The translations under genes were made by a program, and so were the position numbers. This document shows positions 8,746-17,548 of a stretch of DNA of 64,000 bases, piece by piece (within the stretch, counting starts at the first letter, position 1; each line of letters opens with the position of its first letter). The DNA comes from an uncultured Gemmatimonadaceae bacterium (GTDB lineage: Bacteria > Gemmatimonadota > Gemmatimonadetes > Gemmatimonadales > GWC2-71-9), in NCBI GenBank assembly GCA_964465315.1, contig CAYXIK010000008.1, positions 21,735 through 85,734 of the forward strand, read 5' to 3'. The notes under the pieces were generated by a model, which ran no database searches, was not told where the DNA came from, and saw nothing but the letters and a program-made list of their open reading frames with translations.

Positions 8746-10296
8746 ATGAGAACCGTCGGGTTGTTCCGTCTCCGTTTCGTCCTGCCGGTCCCCCTGCCGC
8801 TCCTCGCCCTGGCCTGCGTTTCCGAGCACGGACCACTCACCAACCGCATGGCGCAGTCGGCCACGCCATACCTGGCGCGCGCAGCCAAGCAACCGGTCAG
8901 TTGGCAGCAGTGGAGTCGCGACGCGTTTGCGCTCGCCGCGCGCCTCGACCGGCCCGTTCTCCTTTATATAGGAGCCGATGATTGCCGCTGGTGCGGCGTC
9001 ATGGACCGCGAGGTGTACGGGGACCCGCTGCTCGGCGCCTTGATCGATTCACTCTTCGTTCCGGTGCGCGTCGACCGCGACGAGCGTCCCGACGTGGCGC
9101 AGCGGTTTGCGACGGCGGTGCAGCTCCTCGCCGGCCTCCGCGGCTACCCCATCACCGTTTTCCTGACGCCCGACGGCGCCGCATTCTTCGGCGGCACGTA
9201 TTTCCCGCTCGACGACCCTGTAACCGGCCGCGGTCTGAAGCAGCTCTTGCCCGAAGTGGCGAAGAGCTATCGCGAGCAACGCGCGTCGGTGTTTCGACGG
9301 GCGGAGCTGATCCGGCAACTCTCGCTCGGACGTCCCGCGGCAGCCGGGGCGCTCAAAACGGCGCGGCTGCAATTCGAGACCACCGTCGTCCGGGACGCGG
9401 TTGCGGCGGCCGCCCAGGCTGGCGCCGACCTCGCGACGTTGCGCTACATCCGTGCGGCCGATCTGCTGCTGGCGACGTACGCACGCACGACCGATTCCAG
9501 CTACCTCAACCCGGCGCGAGCCGTGCTCGCCTACATCGCGGATTCGGGCGAAGGTGGGCTCGCCGGGGCCGCGCGCGACGACCCGCCGGAGATTCAACGC
9601 GCTGGGTGGCTCCACGATCTGACCGTGGCGTGGGCCGCCACGGCCGACGCGCGGTATCGCGACGAGTCGCGGGTCGTCGCCCGTCGGCTGGCCGCCGAGG
9701 TAGCCTCCCCGGTGGATCGGACGGTGTTCACAGACCGCGACGCGTACGTGATCAGCTCGGTACTCGACGCAGCCGCCGCGCTCGGCGACTCGGGGACCGT
9801 GGCACGCTCGCGCGCCACCCTCGATACGCTGCTGCGACGCGTGTACGCGCGCGGTCGTCCTGTGCGGCACACGGTAGGCGGCGGCTCGTCGGGGCGCGCC
9901 CTGCTCGACGATCAGGTGCAGGTGGCGTGGGCGTGTCTGGCGGCCCGAGAGGCCACGGGGGCGCGACGCTACCTCGAGATCGCGCAGGACCTGGTGGTGG
10001 TTTTGGAGCGGGATTTCGCCGACTCCACGTCGCCGGGCTACTTCGAGGCGGCGGCGACCGATCCGGCGGCCCCGGCGCTCATCGAGCGGACCAAGCCGGT
10101 GCTGGACGATTTGCTACCGGCGGGTAACGCCACGGCCGGGCGCGTGCTGCTGCGGCTCGCCGGTGCCACGGGGCAGGCGAGCTATCGACGGCGCGCACAG
10201 GCGCTGGTCGATGCGCTCGCGCCGGGCGTTACGGGGGCGGGGTTGCGCGCATCCAGCTATCTCGCGGTTGCGCAGGACCTCCTTCGCAGCCACTGA
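8746..10296 (+). CDS. DUF255/YyaL-like thioredoxin plus alpha/alpha-barrel lipoprotein
   Basis: Lipobox LALAC; TNRMAQSATPYL, CRWCGVMD, VDRDERPDV, GYPITVFLTPDG, FFGGTYFP, LLDDQ. Confidence 0.8.
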   Translation: MRTVGLFRLRFVLPVPLPLLALACVSEHGPLTNRMAQSATPYLARAAKQPVSWQQWSRDAFALAARLDRPVLLYIGADDCRWCGVMDREVYGDPLLGALIDSLFVPVRVDRDERPDVAQRFATAVQLLAGLRGYPITVFLTPDGAAFFGGTYFPLDDPVTGRGLKQLLPEVAKSYREQRASVFRRAELIRQLSLGRPAAAGALKTARLQFETTVVRDAVAAAAQAGADLATLRYIRAADLLLATYARTTDSSYLNPARAVLAYIADSGEGGLAGAARDDPPEIQRAGWLHDLTVAWAATADARYRDESRVVARRLAAEVASPVDRTVFTDRDAYVISSVLDAAAALGDSGTVARSRATLDTLLRRVYARGRPVRHTVGGGSSGRALLDDQVQVAWACLAAREATGARRYLEIAQDLVVVLERDFADSTSPGYFEAAATDPAAPALIERTKPVLDDLLPAGNATAGRVLLRLAGATGQASYRRRAQALVDALAPGVTGAGLRASSYLAVAQDLLRSH

Positions 10297-10393
10297 TTCG
10301 GTTTCTGTCCGCAACACCTCGCTCGCTTCCAAGTCGCTGGGGCGCCGCGTGCTACGCGCGCCGTGGTGACGCTCGAATCCCCTTGCAGGTCCT

Positions 10394-10942
10394 ATGGATG
10401 TAAACGGCGCGCCCTCCGACGTAGAGATCGTCGCCCGGGTCCTCGGCGGGGACACGGAAGCCTTCGGCTTCGTGATCCGCCGGTACGAGGCCGGGCTCCT
10501 GCGGTTCGCGACCCGGATGCTGGGGAGCCGGGACGCCGCCGCGGACGCGGTCGCCGAGGGGTTGGTGCGTGCATACCGCCACCTCGCGAGCTGCCGGGAG
10601 CCAGCCAGGCTACGGACGTGGCTCTACCGGATCGTGACGAACCGGTGCAAGAGCCATCTGGCCCGCCGGTCCGTCGGAGATGTCCCGCTCGACGAGGCGC
10701 CGCCGGTGGCGGATCCGTCCGACGGCGAGGCGGACCTCGAGCGAGCAGAGCAGCTCACCCTGGTGCAACGGGCCCTGACCGGCCTGTCGCCGGACAAGCG
10801 TGAGGCGTTCGTGTTGAAGCACGTCGAAGGGTTGAGCTATGAGGAGATGGCCGCGATCACGGGTGAGCGGATCCCGACGCTCAAGATGCGGGTGCACCGC
10901 GCCCGAGAAGCGTTGTTGAAGGTGCTGGAGGAGAATACATGA
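10394..10942 (+). CDS. ECF sigma factor
   Basis: GDTEAFGFVIRRY, region 2 TWLYRIVTNRCK, region 4 [23 protein letters not shown]...TLKMRVHRAR. Confidence 0.92.
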   Translation: MDVNGAPSDVEIVARVLGGDTEAFGFVIRRYEAGLLRFATRMLGSRDAAADAVAEGLVRAYRHLASCREPARLRTWLYRIVTNRCKSHLARRSVGDVPLDEAPPVADPSDGEADLERAEQLTLVQRALTGLSPDKREAFVLKHVEGLSYEEMAAITGERIPTLKMRVHRAREALLKVLEENT

Positions 10943-11547
10943 TCATGATCGACCCAAGGATTCACCAGGCGTTGGACGGCGAGCTCCCGACGGATGCCCT
11001 GCCGGCCGAGCTGCGTCGAGCCGCGCAGACGGTCCGGGCGGCCGCCGATCTGTTGGCTGCGCCCGTCCGGGGTCCGAGCCTCGAGTCGCGTGTCATGACC
11101 GAGGTCCGCCGCCCGGCGCCGTCGCTACTGCGCCGGGTGGCGAGCTGGCTCGCGACACCCCACGCCGTCACGTTCCGCGTCCGGCCCGTCTGGAGTCTCG
11201 CCTTCGCGACGGGCGCGGCCGTGTTCACCCTGTTCTTCGCCGGCGACGCCGGACCCCGGCTCGGCGAGCATGAGGGCATTGCCCAGTTCGTCGGCCGGTT
11301 TCCGAACGCACGGTCGGTGCACGTGGTCGGAACGTTCAACGACTGGCGGCGCGGCAGCATCGCGCTCGAGGACCTGCACCACGACGGCGTATGGACCGCC
11401 ACCGTGGTCCTGCCGACGGGCACCTACGAATACATGTTCGTGGTAGACGGAGAACGGTGGGTCCCCGATCATCTGGCGGACCGCTTGGTGGCCGACGATT
11501 TCGGCCGGGAGAATTCCGTCGTGATCGTGCGGCCGGTCCATCGATGA
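10939..11547 (+). CDS. Putative anti-sigma factor: N-terminal ASD, one TM, C-terminal CBM48/AMPK-type glycogen-binding domain
   Basis: ATGA overlap with sigma; IHQALDGEL; TM; ARSVHVVGTFNDW...GVWTATVVLPTGTYEYMFVVDGERWVPD...DDFGRENS. Confidence 0.8.
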   Translation: MIMIDPRIHQALDGELPTDALPAELRRAAQTVRAAADLLAAPVRGPSLESRVMTEVRRPAPSLLRRVASWLATPHAVTFRVRPVWSLAFATGAAVFTLFFAGDAGPRLGEHEGIAQFVGRFPNARSVHVVGTFNDWRRGSIALEDLHHDGVWTATVVLPTGTYEYMFVVDGERWVPDHLADRLVADDFGRENSVVIVRPVHR

Positions 11548-12209
11548 GACTTGCGGTTGCACTGGCTCTGCTCGCGGCGCCCCTCGCTGCCCAGTCGGTG
11601 CAGAGCCGGCTGGAGGGCCGGATTCCGAGCGACGCGGTGCCGGTGGTGGACTCGCTCGTCCAGGTCGCGCTCCACGACGGCCTGCCTTCGGAGCCGCTGG
11701 TCCAGAAAGCACTCGAGGGCGGCGCAAAGCAGGTGCCCGGCCCACGCATCGTGGCAGCCGTGCGGGTGAGCCTCGGACAGCTCCGCGAGGCGCGCGACCT
11801 GCTCGTTCGTGCCGGCGATCAGCCGCCGGTGCGACCTGGGGAGGTGACGACCGTTGCCTGGGCGTTGCGCCGGAAGCTGCCCTCCTCCACGGTCGCGCGC
11901 GTCATCGCCGAACTCCCCCATCCGCCGCGGGCGGCAGCGATCCACGCGATCGCGGACCTGGTTGCCCACGGATTTGATCCCGACTCGTCCGCCGGGTTGA
12001 TCATCGATGCGGTCCACAATGGACTGCAGCGCGATCGCCTGTTGGACGTGTCGACGGCGGCGCTGCACGAAGTTCAGCGCGGGCGTACGCGAGACGAGGC
12101 GATCGCCGTCGTCCGGCACCAGCTCCCCAACGTCCCCGGGCCTCCCAAGCCGGAGCGGGGCACCGTGACCCGGGCGCGCCGGCCGGACAGCACGACTACG
12201 CCACGATAA
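11544..12209 (+). CDS. Exported alpha-helical hypothetical protein
   Basis: ATGA overlap; signal peptide MRLAVALALLAAPLAA. Confidence 0.72.
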   Translation: MRLAVALALLAAPLAAQSVQSRLEGRIPSDAVPVVDSLVQVALHDGLPSEPLVQKALEGGAKQVPGPRIVAAVRVSLGQLREARDLLVRAGDQPPVRPGEVTTVAWALRRKLPSSTVARVIAELPHPPRAAAIHAIADLVAHGFDPDSSAGLIIDAVHNGLQRDRLLDVSTAALHEVQRGRTRDEAIAVVRHQLPNVPGPPKPERGTVTRARRPDSTTTPR

Positions 12210-12341
12210 CCGTAGGGTTGCAGTCTGTAACGTCGGAGATGGAAACGGCTTGCGGAACATGCGTGACGCGCGGGGACGGGCGTGGGTCTCAACGGTGAAG
12301 CGGGCCAGGGTGGTCCGCGCTCCCTCCGGAGGTATAGAGAC

Positions 12342-12551
12342 ATGATGCGTCGCACGCTCCTCGCATTGGCGCTGCTCGCCGCTCCCGCGATCGTGATCGC
12401 GCAGCAGCCGTCGCCGATGCAGGGCCAGGCGCCGTCGGCGGATACGTCGAAGGCGATGGCGAAGAAGGGTAAGAAGCACGCTGGGAAGAAGCACGCGGCC
12501 AAACCCGCGGCCAAGCCCGCTGCCAAGGATACCAGCAAGGCCAAGCCGTAA
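12342..12551 (+). CDS. Small exported Lys/Ala/His-rich protein (69 aa)
   Basis: GGAGGT RBS, signal peptide, KKGKKHAGKKHAAKPAAKPAAK. Confidence 0.75.
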   Translation: MMRRTLLALALLAAPAIVIAQQPSPMQGQAPSADTSKAMAKKGKKHAGKKHAAKPAAKPAAKDTSKAKP

Positions 12552-12560
12552 GCGGCTGAG

Positions 12561-13796
12561 CTACGAGGTGTAGTCGGCGTTGATCCGGACGTAGTCCGGC
12601 GTCAGATCGCAGGTCCACACCACCGCCTCCGCGCGACCGAGTCCCAGGTCGACGCGGAGGCGGATCGTTTTCTGCCGAAAGATCGCCCGGGCGGCGCCGG
12701 TGTCCGGGTTGGCTGTGGCGCCTCCGCTCGCGAGCGTCAGCCATGGGTCGTCCGCGGCGGCGGCCTGCAGCGAGAGGCGCTCGACGGCGAGCGGTACGCC
12801 GGCGGTGCCCGCCGCGGCCAGGACGCGACCCCAATTGGGGTCTCCGCCGTAGATCGCGGTCTTGACGAGGGTCGACCGGGCGATCGCCCGACCTACCTCT
12901 CGAGCCGCCGCTTCGCTCACCGCGCCCACGATGTGAATCTCCAGCACCTTGGACGCCCCTTCTCCGTCCGCCACGATCGCGAGCGCCAGCGTGCGCGCTA
13001 CCTCCTGCACCGCCTCCTCGAACGTCTTCCAGACCGCGCCGTCGCGCGACGGATCGACGCCCGAGGCGCCGCTCGCGAGCAAGAGGACGCTGTCGTTCGT
13101 GCTCGTGTCGCCGTCCACCGAGATCGCGTTGAAGCTCCGGTCGGCCACTCGCCGCAGCAGCGGCTGGAGGGTCGCCGGCTCCCCCGCCGCGTCGGTCGTC
13201 AGCACGGCGAGCAACGTGGCCATGTCCGGGTGGATCATGCCCGCTCCCTTCGCGATCCCGCCTACGGTGACCATGCCGGCGGGCGTCTCGAACCGGACCG
13301 CGCAGTGCTTGGGTCGTGTGTCCGTGGTCATAATGGCACGTGCGGCGTCGAGGCCGCCGTCCGCCGCGAGGCGCCCCGCGGCCGTCCGCAGCCCTTCCGC
13401 GACCCGCTCGAGCGGGAGGGGCATCCCGATGACGCCCGTCGAGAGCACGAGCGCCGTGCGGGCCGGGAGTCCGGCCGCCTGTTCGGCGGCTTGGGCCATC
13501 GCGCGCGCGGCGGCGAGCCCCGGCGCCCCCGTGCACGCGTTCGCGACTCGCGCGTTCATCGCGACGGCGCGGATCCGTCCCGGGCGCTCGGCCAGGAGTT
13601 CCGCGTCGTAGGCCACGGGCGCCGCGCGGAGGACGTTCTTCGTGAACACGCCGGCGGTGGCGCAACTGGTGGCGCTGACGAGCAGCGCAACGTCCGGAGC
13701 GCCGTCGCTCTTCAGGCCGGCGTGCGCGGCGGCGGCGGTGAAGCCGCGCGGTGTGGTGACGGAGCCGTCGGGGATGAGCGCGAAGGCGGCGGGCAT
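12561..13796 (-). CDS. argJ: Bifunctional ornithine acetyltransferase / N-acetylglutamate synthase
   Basis: STGVIG, GIAKGAGMIHPDMATLL (autocleavage Thr), DGDTSTND, DPNWGR, YVRINADYTS. Confidence 0.95.
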   Translation of the reverse strand: MPAAFALIPDGSVTTPRGFTAAAAHAGLKSDGAPDVALLVSATSCATAGVFTKNVLRAAPVAYDAELLAERPGRIRAVAMNARVANACTGAPGLAAARAMAQAAEQAAGLPARTALVLSTGVIGMPLPLERVAEGLRTAAGRLAADGGLDAARAIMTTDTRPKHCAVRFETPAGMVTVGGIAKGAGMIHPDMATLLAVLTTDAAGEPATLQPLLRRVADRSFNAISVDGDTSTNDSVLLLASGASGVDPSRDGAVWKTFEEAVQEVARTLALAIVADGEGASKVLEIHIVGAVSEAAAREVGRAIARSTLVKTAIYGGDPNWGRVLAAAGTAGVPLAVERLSLQAAAADDPWLTLASGGATANPDTGAARAIFRQKTIRLRVDLGLGRAEAVVWTCDLTPDYVRINADYTS

Positions 13797-13825
13797 CGGC
13801 GGGGAAGATAGCGGGCGGCTCTCGC

Positions 13826-13854
13826 TTGTGTAACCGCCCGGCGTCTCGTATCAT
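13826..13854 (+). promoter_or_regulatory. Sigma70-type promoter TTGTGT-N17-TATCAT
   Basis: About 30 nt upstream of ATG 13883. Confidence 0.45.
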
Positions 13855-13882
13855 AGCACAACCTTCCCGGGAGGCCCGTTCG

Positions 13883-14998
13883 ATGTCGGAACCGTTCTTG
13901 AGCTCCGACGATTACGACGAACGTGCACATCAGCTCTACAACGAAGCACGATACGACGACGCCATCGACACCCTGAAAGCCGGCCTGGGGCTGTATCCCC
14001 ACGCCGTCGAGCTGCACGTGGGCATGGGCTATGCGCGCCTCGCGCGCGAGGAGTATCTGTGGGCGCGCCGGGCCTTCGAGGAGGCGGTCGGCCTCGACCC
14101 CGAGCACGAGGATGCGCTCGCCGGGCTCGGTGAGGTTCTTCTCAAGTTCGGTGACCGCGCCGGAGCGGTCGCGTGCTTCGATCGCATCGTGGCCCTCGGG
14201 TTTCGAGATGACCACGACCTCATGCTTCAAGTCGGGCGGGCCCTGTTCCGTGAGGGCGTGTTGGACCAGGCCCGGCGCTTCTTCGAAGTGGCCATCACCG
14301 GGCATCCGGACTCGGCGGAGGCCGCCGCGTGCGTGGGCTACGCCGCCCACCGGCTGGCGGACGAGGGCGGCGCGCTCTACTGGCTCCGGCGCGCGCTCGA
14401 GCTGGACCTCGAGCACGCCGAAGCGCGAATCTACCTCGCCAACCTGCTGTACGACCGCGGCGAGTACGAGGCCGCCCTCTTCCACTTGGAGCGCAGTGAG
14501 CCGAGCGACCATTTCGACGGTCTCGCCATCTGGCGGCTGATCGAGCTCAAAAGGAGCGTCTACCGCCTCGCCGACGACGACCCCGAGCTTGTGCCGTGGC
14601 ACCATCGGCTCGACGAACTCGCCGCCGATGCCGCGCCCGATGACCTGCTCCTCGCCGAGATCGAGGCGATGGGGCCCGACGGCCAGATTCGGGACCCTCG
14701 CCAGCTCGAGCTGTTCGGCACGCTCCTCACCGAGCTGCAGGGGATGAAGGCGCGCTCGGGGGGGGAAGTCCATCGCATCAGCATGCTCAACGGCGCGACC
14801 TACGTCGGCACGTGGGAAGAGATCGTACGGCAGATGAAGGACGATGCGGCGGAATGGGCACGCGGCTCGCTCGAGCAGTACATGGCCGCGGTGGCCAATC
14901 GCGGGCGGAAAGAAACCGGGGTCGCGATCCCGGCGACGGATCCGGAGAGCTTCATCAGAGGGAGCGCCGATGCGGGGCTCCTTCGGATTCTCCACTAG
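13883..14998 (+). CDS. TPR-repeat protein with a small uncharacterised C-terminal domain
   Basis: GGAGG RBS; several TPRs (ALAGLGEVLLKFG, ARIYLANLLYDRGEYEAA). Confidence 0.8.
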   Translation: MSEPFLSSDDYDERAHQLYNEARYDDAIDTLKAGLGLYPHAVELHVGMGYARLAREEYLWARRAFEEAVGLDPEHEDALAGLGEVLLKFGDRAGAVACFDRIVALGFRDDHDLMLQVGRALFREGVLDQARRFFEVAITGHPDSAEAAACVGYAAHRLADEGGALYWLRRALELDLEHAEARIYLANLLYDRGEYEAALFHLERSEPSDHFDGLAIWRLIELKRSVYRLADDDPELVPWHHRLDELAADAAPDDLLLAEIEAMGPDGQIRDPRQLELFGTLLTELQGMKARSGGEVHRISMLNGATYVGTWEEIVRQMKDDAAEWARGSLEQYMAAVANRGRKETGVAIPATDPESFIRGSADAGLLRILH

Positions 14999-15082
14999 CC
15001 GCGACAATCCGCTGAGCAGCCGGTAACAGGCCGGGGAAAGGGGAGGAGTGGCTCTTCTCCGGCCGTTTACGCGTTCCTGGCT

Positions 15083-15472
15083 TTACACGGTCGAATGCTT
15101 GAGCTTCACGGCGATCGAAAGTGGCCCGTCCCCTAGAGCGACGAGCGTAATAGCTCCCGCGAACAGCAACCCTTCCAGCTCGATATTCGCGCCGTGTGGC
15201 AGTCTCACCGCCAGGATGGCCACAGCCATCTCCACGGCCATGCAGATGGCCCACAGGCGCGTGAAGATCCCGAGGATGACGCAGGTGGCGCCGATCGTTT
15301 CGATCGCAATGAGGATCACGGCGAACACTGTGGCGAACGGGAACCCGACCTCGTGCAGGAACGTGGCGGTCGCGGGAATGCCATGGTGAAATTTGGTCAA
15401 GCCGTGCAGTAAGAACACGCCGCCCACTGCGAGGCGCATGAAGAATGCCGCGTAGGGGGTGAGTCGGTTCAT
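15083..15472 (-). CDS. DoxX-family membrane protein
   Basis: RLAVGGVFLLHGLTKF, IETIGATCVILGIFTR; GGAGG RBS. Confidence 0.85.
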   Translation of the reverse strand: MNRLTPYAAFFMRLAVGGVFLLHGLTKFHHGIPATATFLHEVGFPFATVFAVILIAIETIGATCVILGIFTRLWAICMAVEMAVAILAVRLPHGANIELEGLLFAGAITLVALGDGPLSIAVKLKHSTV

Positions 15473-15834
15473 GAACCCTCCGGGTGGATGGCTTGGGTCA
15501 CGGGGCCCCGCCGGCGCGCGCCGGTGCGGACTTCGCGCGCCCCGAAGCGTTTGACGATCACGTCGAGACCCCGCTGTGGTAGGGCACCGCCCAGACCCGC
15601 TACGTCGACGAAGCACAGTCCCGCCTCCGGCAAGCCGTGCAGGGCGACGTGCCCGCCGTGGCACACGAGCGCCGCCGAGACCCCTCTCGGCCCGAGCTTC
15701 ACGACCGGCGGGTTCGCCGGATTCAATCCAGCGGCGTTCGCCGCTGCGAGCAGCACGCCGGCGAGCGCCTGGTCGTCGGTGAGGCGGTTCGCGGGGATGC
15801 CTCCCAGATCAGCGAAGACGTGGTCGAACGTCAA
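15469..15834 (-). CDS. AdoMet decarboxylase (SpeD)-fold protein lacking the E-S autocleavage site
   Basis: TTG start overlaps the upstream stop; HVFADLGG...GPRGVSAALVCHGGHVALHGLPEAGLCFVDV aligns by eye with SpeD [28 protein letters not shown]. Confidence 0.68.
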   Translation of the reverse strand: MTFDHVFADLGGIPANRLTDDQALAGVLLAAANAAGLNPANPPVVKLGPRGVSAALVCHGGHVALHGLPEAGLCFVDVAGLGGALPQRGLDVIVKRFGAREVRTGARRRGPVTQAIHPEGS

Positions 15835-16961
15835 CCGCTGCAGCTTGCCTGATAGGTGAGCAGCGGAGCCACGAACGTTCCCCGGATGACTTCGGCGCCC
15901 AGCGGATCGTCGTACAGATCGGTGCGCTGCGCCGTGAACTGATAGCGGCCGCTGATGATCGCCCCACCGCCCGCCGCCGGGGCGTACTGCGTGATGATCA
16001 ACTGTCCCGCGACCTGACTGCTCGACGTGCCGTGCGAGTAGGAGCGGATGCCCGGTGTGGGAAGCGCGCTGAACCACAACGCCCAGGGCCGCTTCGGCTG
16101 GCAGAAGGCGCTGAGTTGACTGATCGTGGTCGTCGCCTCCGCCGGGCTGATCGAATCGATTTCGTACGTACCCGTAGCGATCACCGAGTCGGGCAAGGTG
16201 ATCACGACCTTCTCGTCGATCGTGGAGCCATTGGCCAGCGTGTCGCGCAGTTGAAACGCCAGCTTCCCGTTCAACCGCTGGTAATTGCGCGCTCTGGCCT
16301 GGCCGCCCTGATGCCGCACCGCGGACCCGAGCGCCGTCATGAAGAAGTGCCCGACCTCGGTCGTGTCGGTCAGTGTGAGCACAACGACGAAGCTCGACTC
16401 GGAAACGGTGGTGGTGCCGTCGGTCAGATGCGCGCGGTAGCGGATCGGACCGCCGGTGGCGTGGGCGGTCACCTCGCCGCTCAGGGTGTCGATCGTGATG
16501 ACACTCGGCGTCGTGGAGCTGTCGAATGTGAGCGTCGTCGGACCCGGGGTCCTCTGTTTGATGGCGCGCGGGATCGTGATCGTATCGCCCGGCATCACGA
16601 AGATCGTGTCGAGCAGCAGGCTCAGGTCGAGGGGACGCGATACGACGACGACGGCCCCACTCTGCGCGCCGGCCACCGTGGCGACGACCACCGCCGTGCC
16701 CCGCCCGATCCCCGCGACCTTCCCCGACGTATCGACGGTGGCGACCGTCGGCGGACTGACGCTCCACGTGATGTGACCTGGAGGATGCCGGCTGCCGTCG
16801 CTGTCGAGGATGTACACGGTTCGGGGTGGGAGCGTGTCTCCCACGAAGGTCGAGTCAAGAACCGGGCCGATGATCAAGAACTGCTGGCCGGTGCCGGAGA
16901 CGTTCACGCAAGTCAGGGAGGTGGATGCGACGAGGAGGAGCGCGAACAAGGATCGTTTCAT
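15831..16961 (-). CDS. Lipoprotein with Ig-like (Big_2-type) domains
   Basis: Lipobox SLTC; ITWSVSPPTVATVDTSGKVAGIGRGTAVVVAT. Confidence 0.75.
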   Translation of the reverse strand: MKRSLFALLLVASTSLTCVNVSGTGQQFLIIGPVLDSTFVGDTLPPRTVYILDSDGSRHPPGHITWSVSPPTVATVDTSGKVAGIGRGTAVVVATVAGAQSGAVVVVSRPLDLSLLLDTIFVMPGDTITIPRAIKQRTPGPTTLTFDSSTTPSVITIDTLSGEVTAHATGGPIRYRAHLTDGTTTVSESSFVVVLTLTDTTEVGHFFMTALGSAVRHQGGQARARNYQRLNGKLAFQLRDTLANGSTIDEKVVITLPDSVIATGTYEIDSISPAEATTTISQLSAFCQPKRPWALWFSALPTPGIRSYSHGTSSSQVAGQLIITQYAPAAGGGAIISGRYQFTAQRTDLYDDPLGAEVIRGTFVAPLLTYQASCSG

Positions 16962-17054
16962 AGTCGCCTAAGGTTGAGAGGGTGCGGTCGCGAGCCGCCG
17001 GAAGCCGTGGGTATCCTATGGAACACCGGGAGCGTCCGATTGCTCCGGCCCGGC

Positions 17055-17513
17055 CTAAAACATCGACATTGCGAGGAAGGAACGAAGGTTGTCGTTGGTG
17101 ACCCGGAGCCGGGCCGAGAGCAGGCGCACCACCGACCAGAGCACCTTGTAGGCGATATCGCGGTTGAAATCGAGCAGCAGCTCGAAATCCGAGCGGGCGA
17201 TCGTGAGGAGCGTGCAGGATGTATTGGCGATGGCGTCGGTGGAGCGCTCGGAGCGATCGAAGATCGCCATCTCGCCGAAGCAGGCGCCCGGCTTCAGGAC
17301 GGCGAGGGCCTCCTCCCCGGACCCCGGAATGGTCCGCGAAATGCGCACTTCGCCGTCGGAAATAATGAACAGCCGGTTTCCTGGCTCGCCTTCCTTGAAG
17401 ACATGCTGTCCGACGGCGAACTTTTGCTCCCGGCAAACCTCGGACACCCGGGCGAGCTCTCCGTCGTCCAGGTCTTGGAAGATCGCCGCCTGCTTCAACA
17501 GATTGAGGTTCAC
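17055..17513 (-). CDS. Stand-alone cyclic-nucleotide-binding domain protein
   Basis: VFKEGEPGNRLFIISDGEV, GACFGEMAIFDRSERSTDA; no HTH. Confidence 0.9.
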   Translation of the reverse strand: MNLNLLKQAAIFQDLDDGELARVSEVCREQKFAVGQHVFKEGEPGNRLFIISDGEVRISRTIPGSGEEALAVLKPGACFGEMAIFDRSERSTDAIANTSCTLLTIARSDFELLLDFNRDIAYKVLWSVVRLLSARLRVTNDNLRSFLAMSMF

Positions 17514-17548
17514 GGCACGAAGCTACGGCGCACCGGAGGGAGGGGCAA

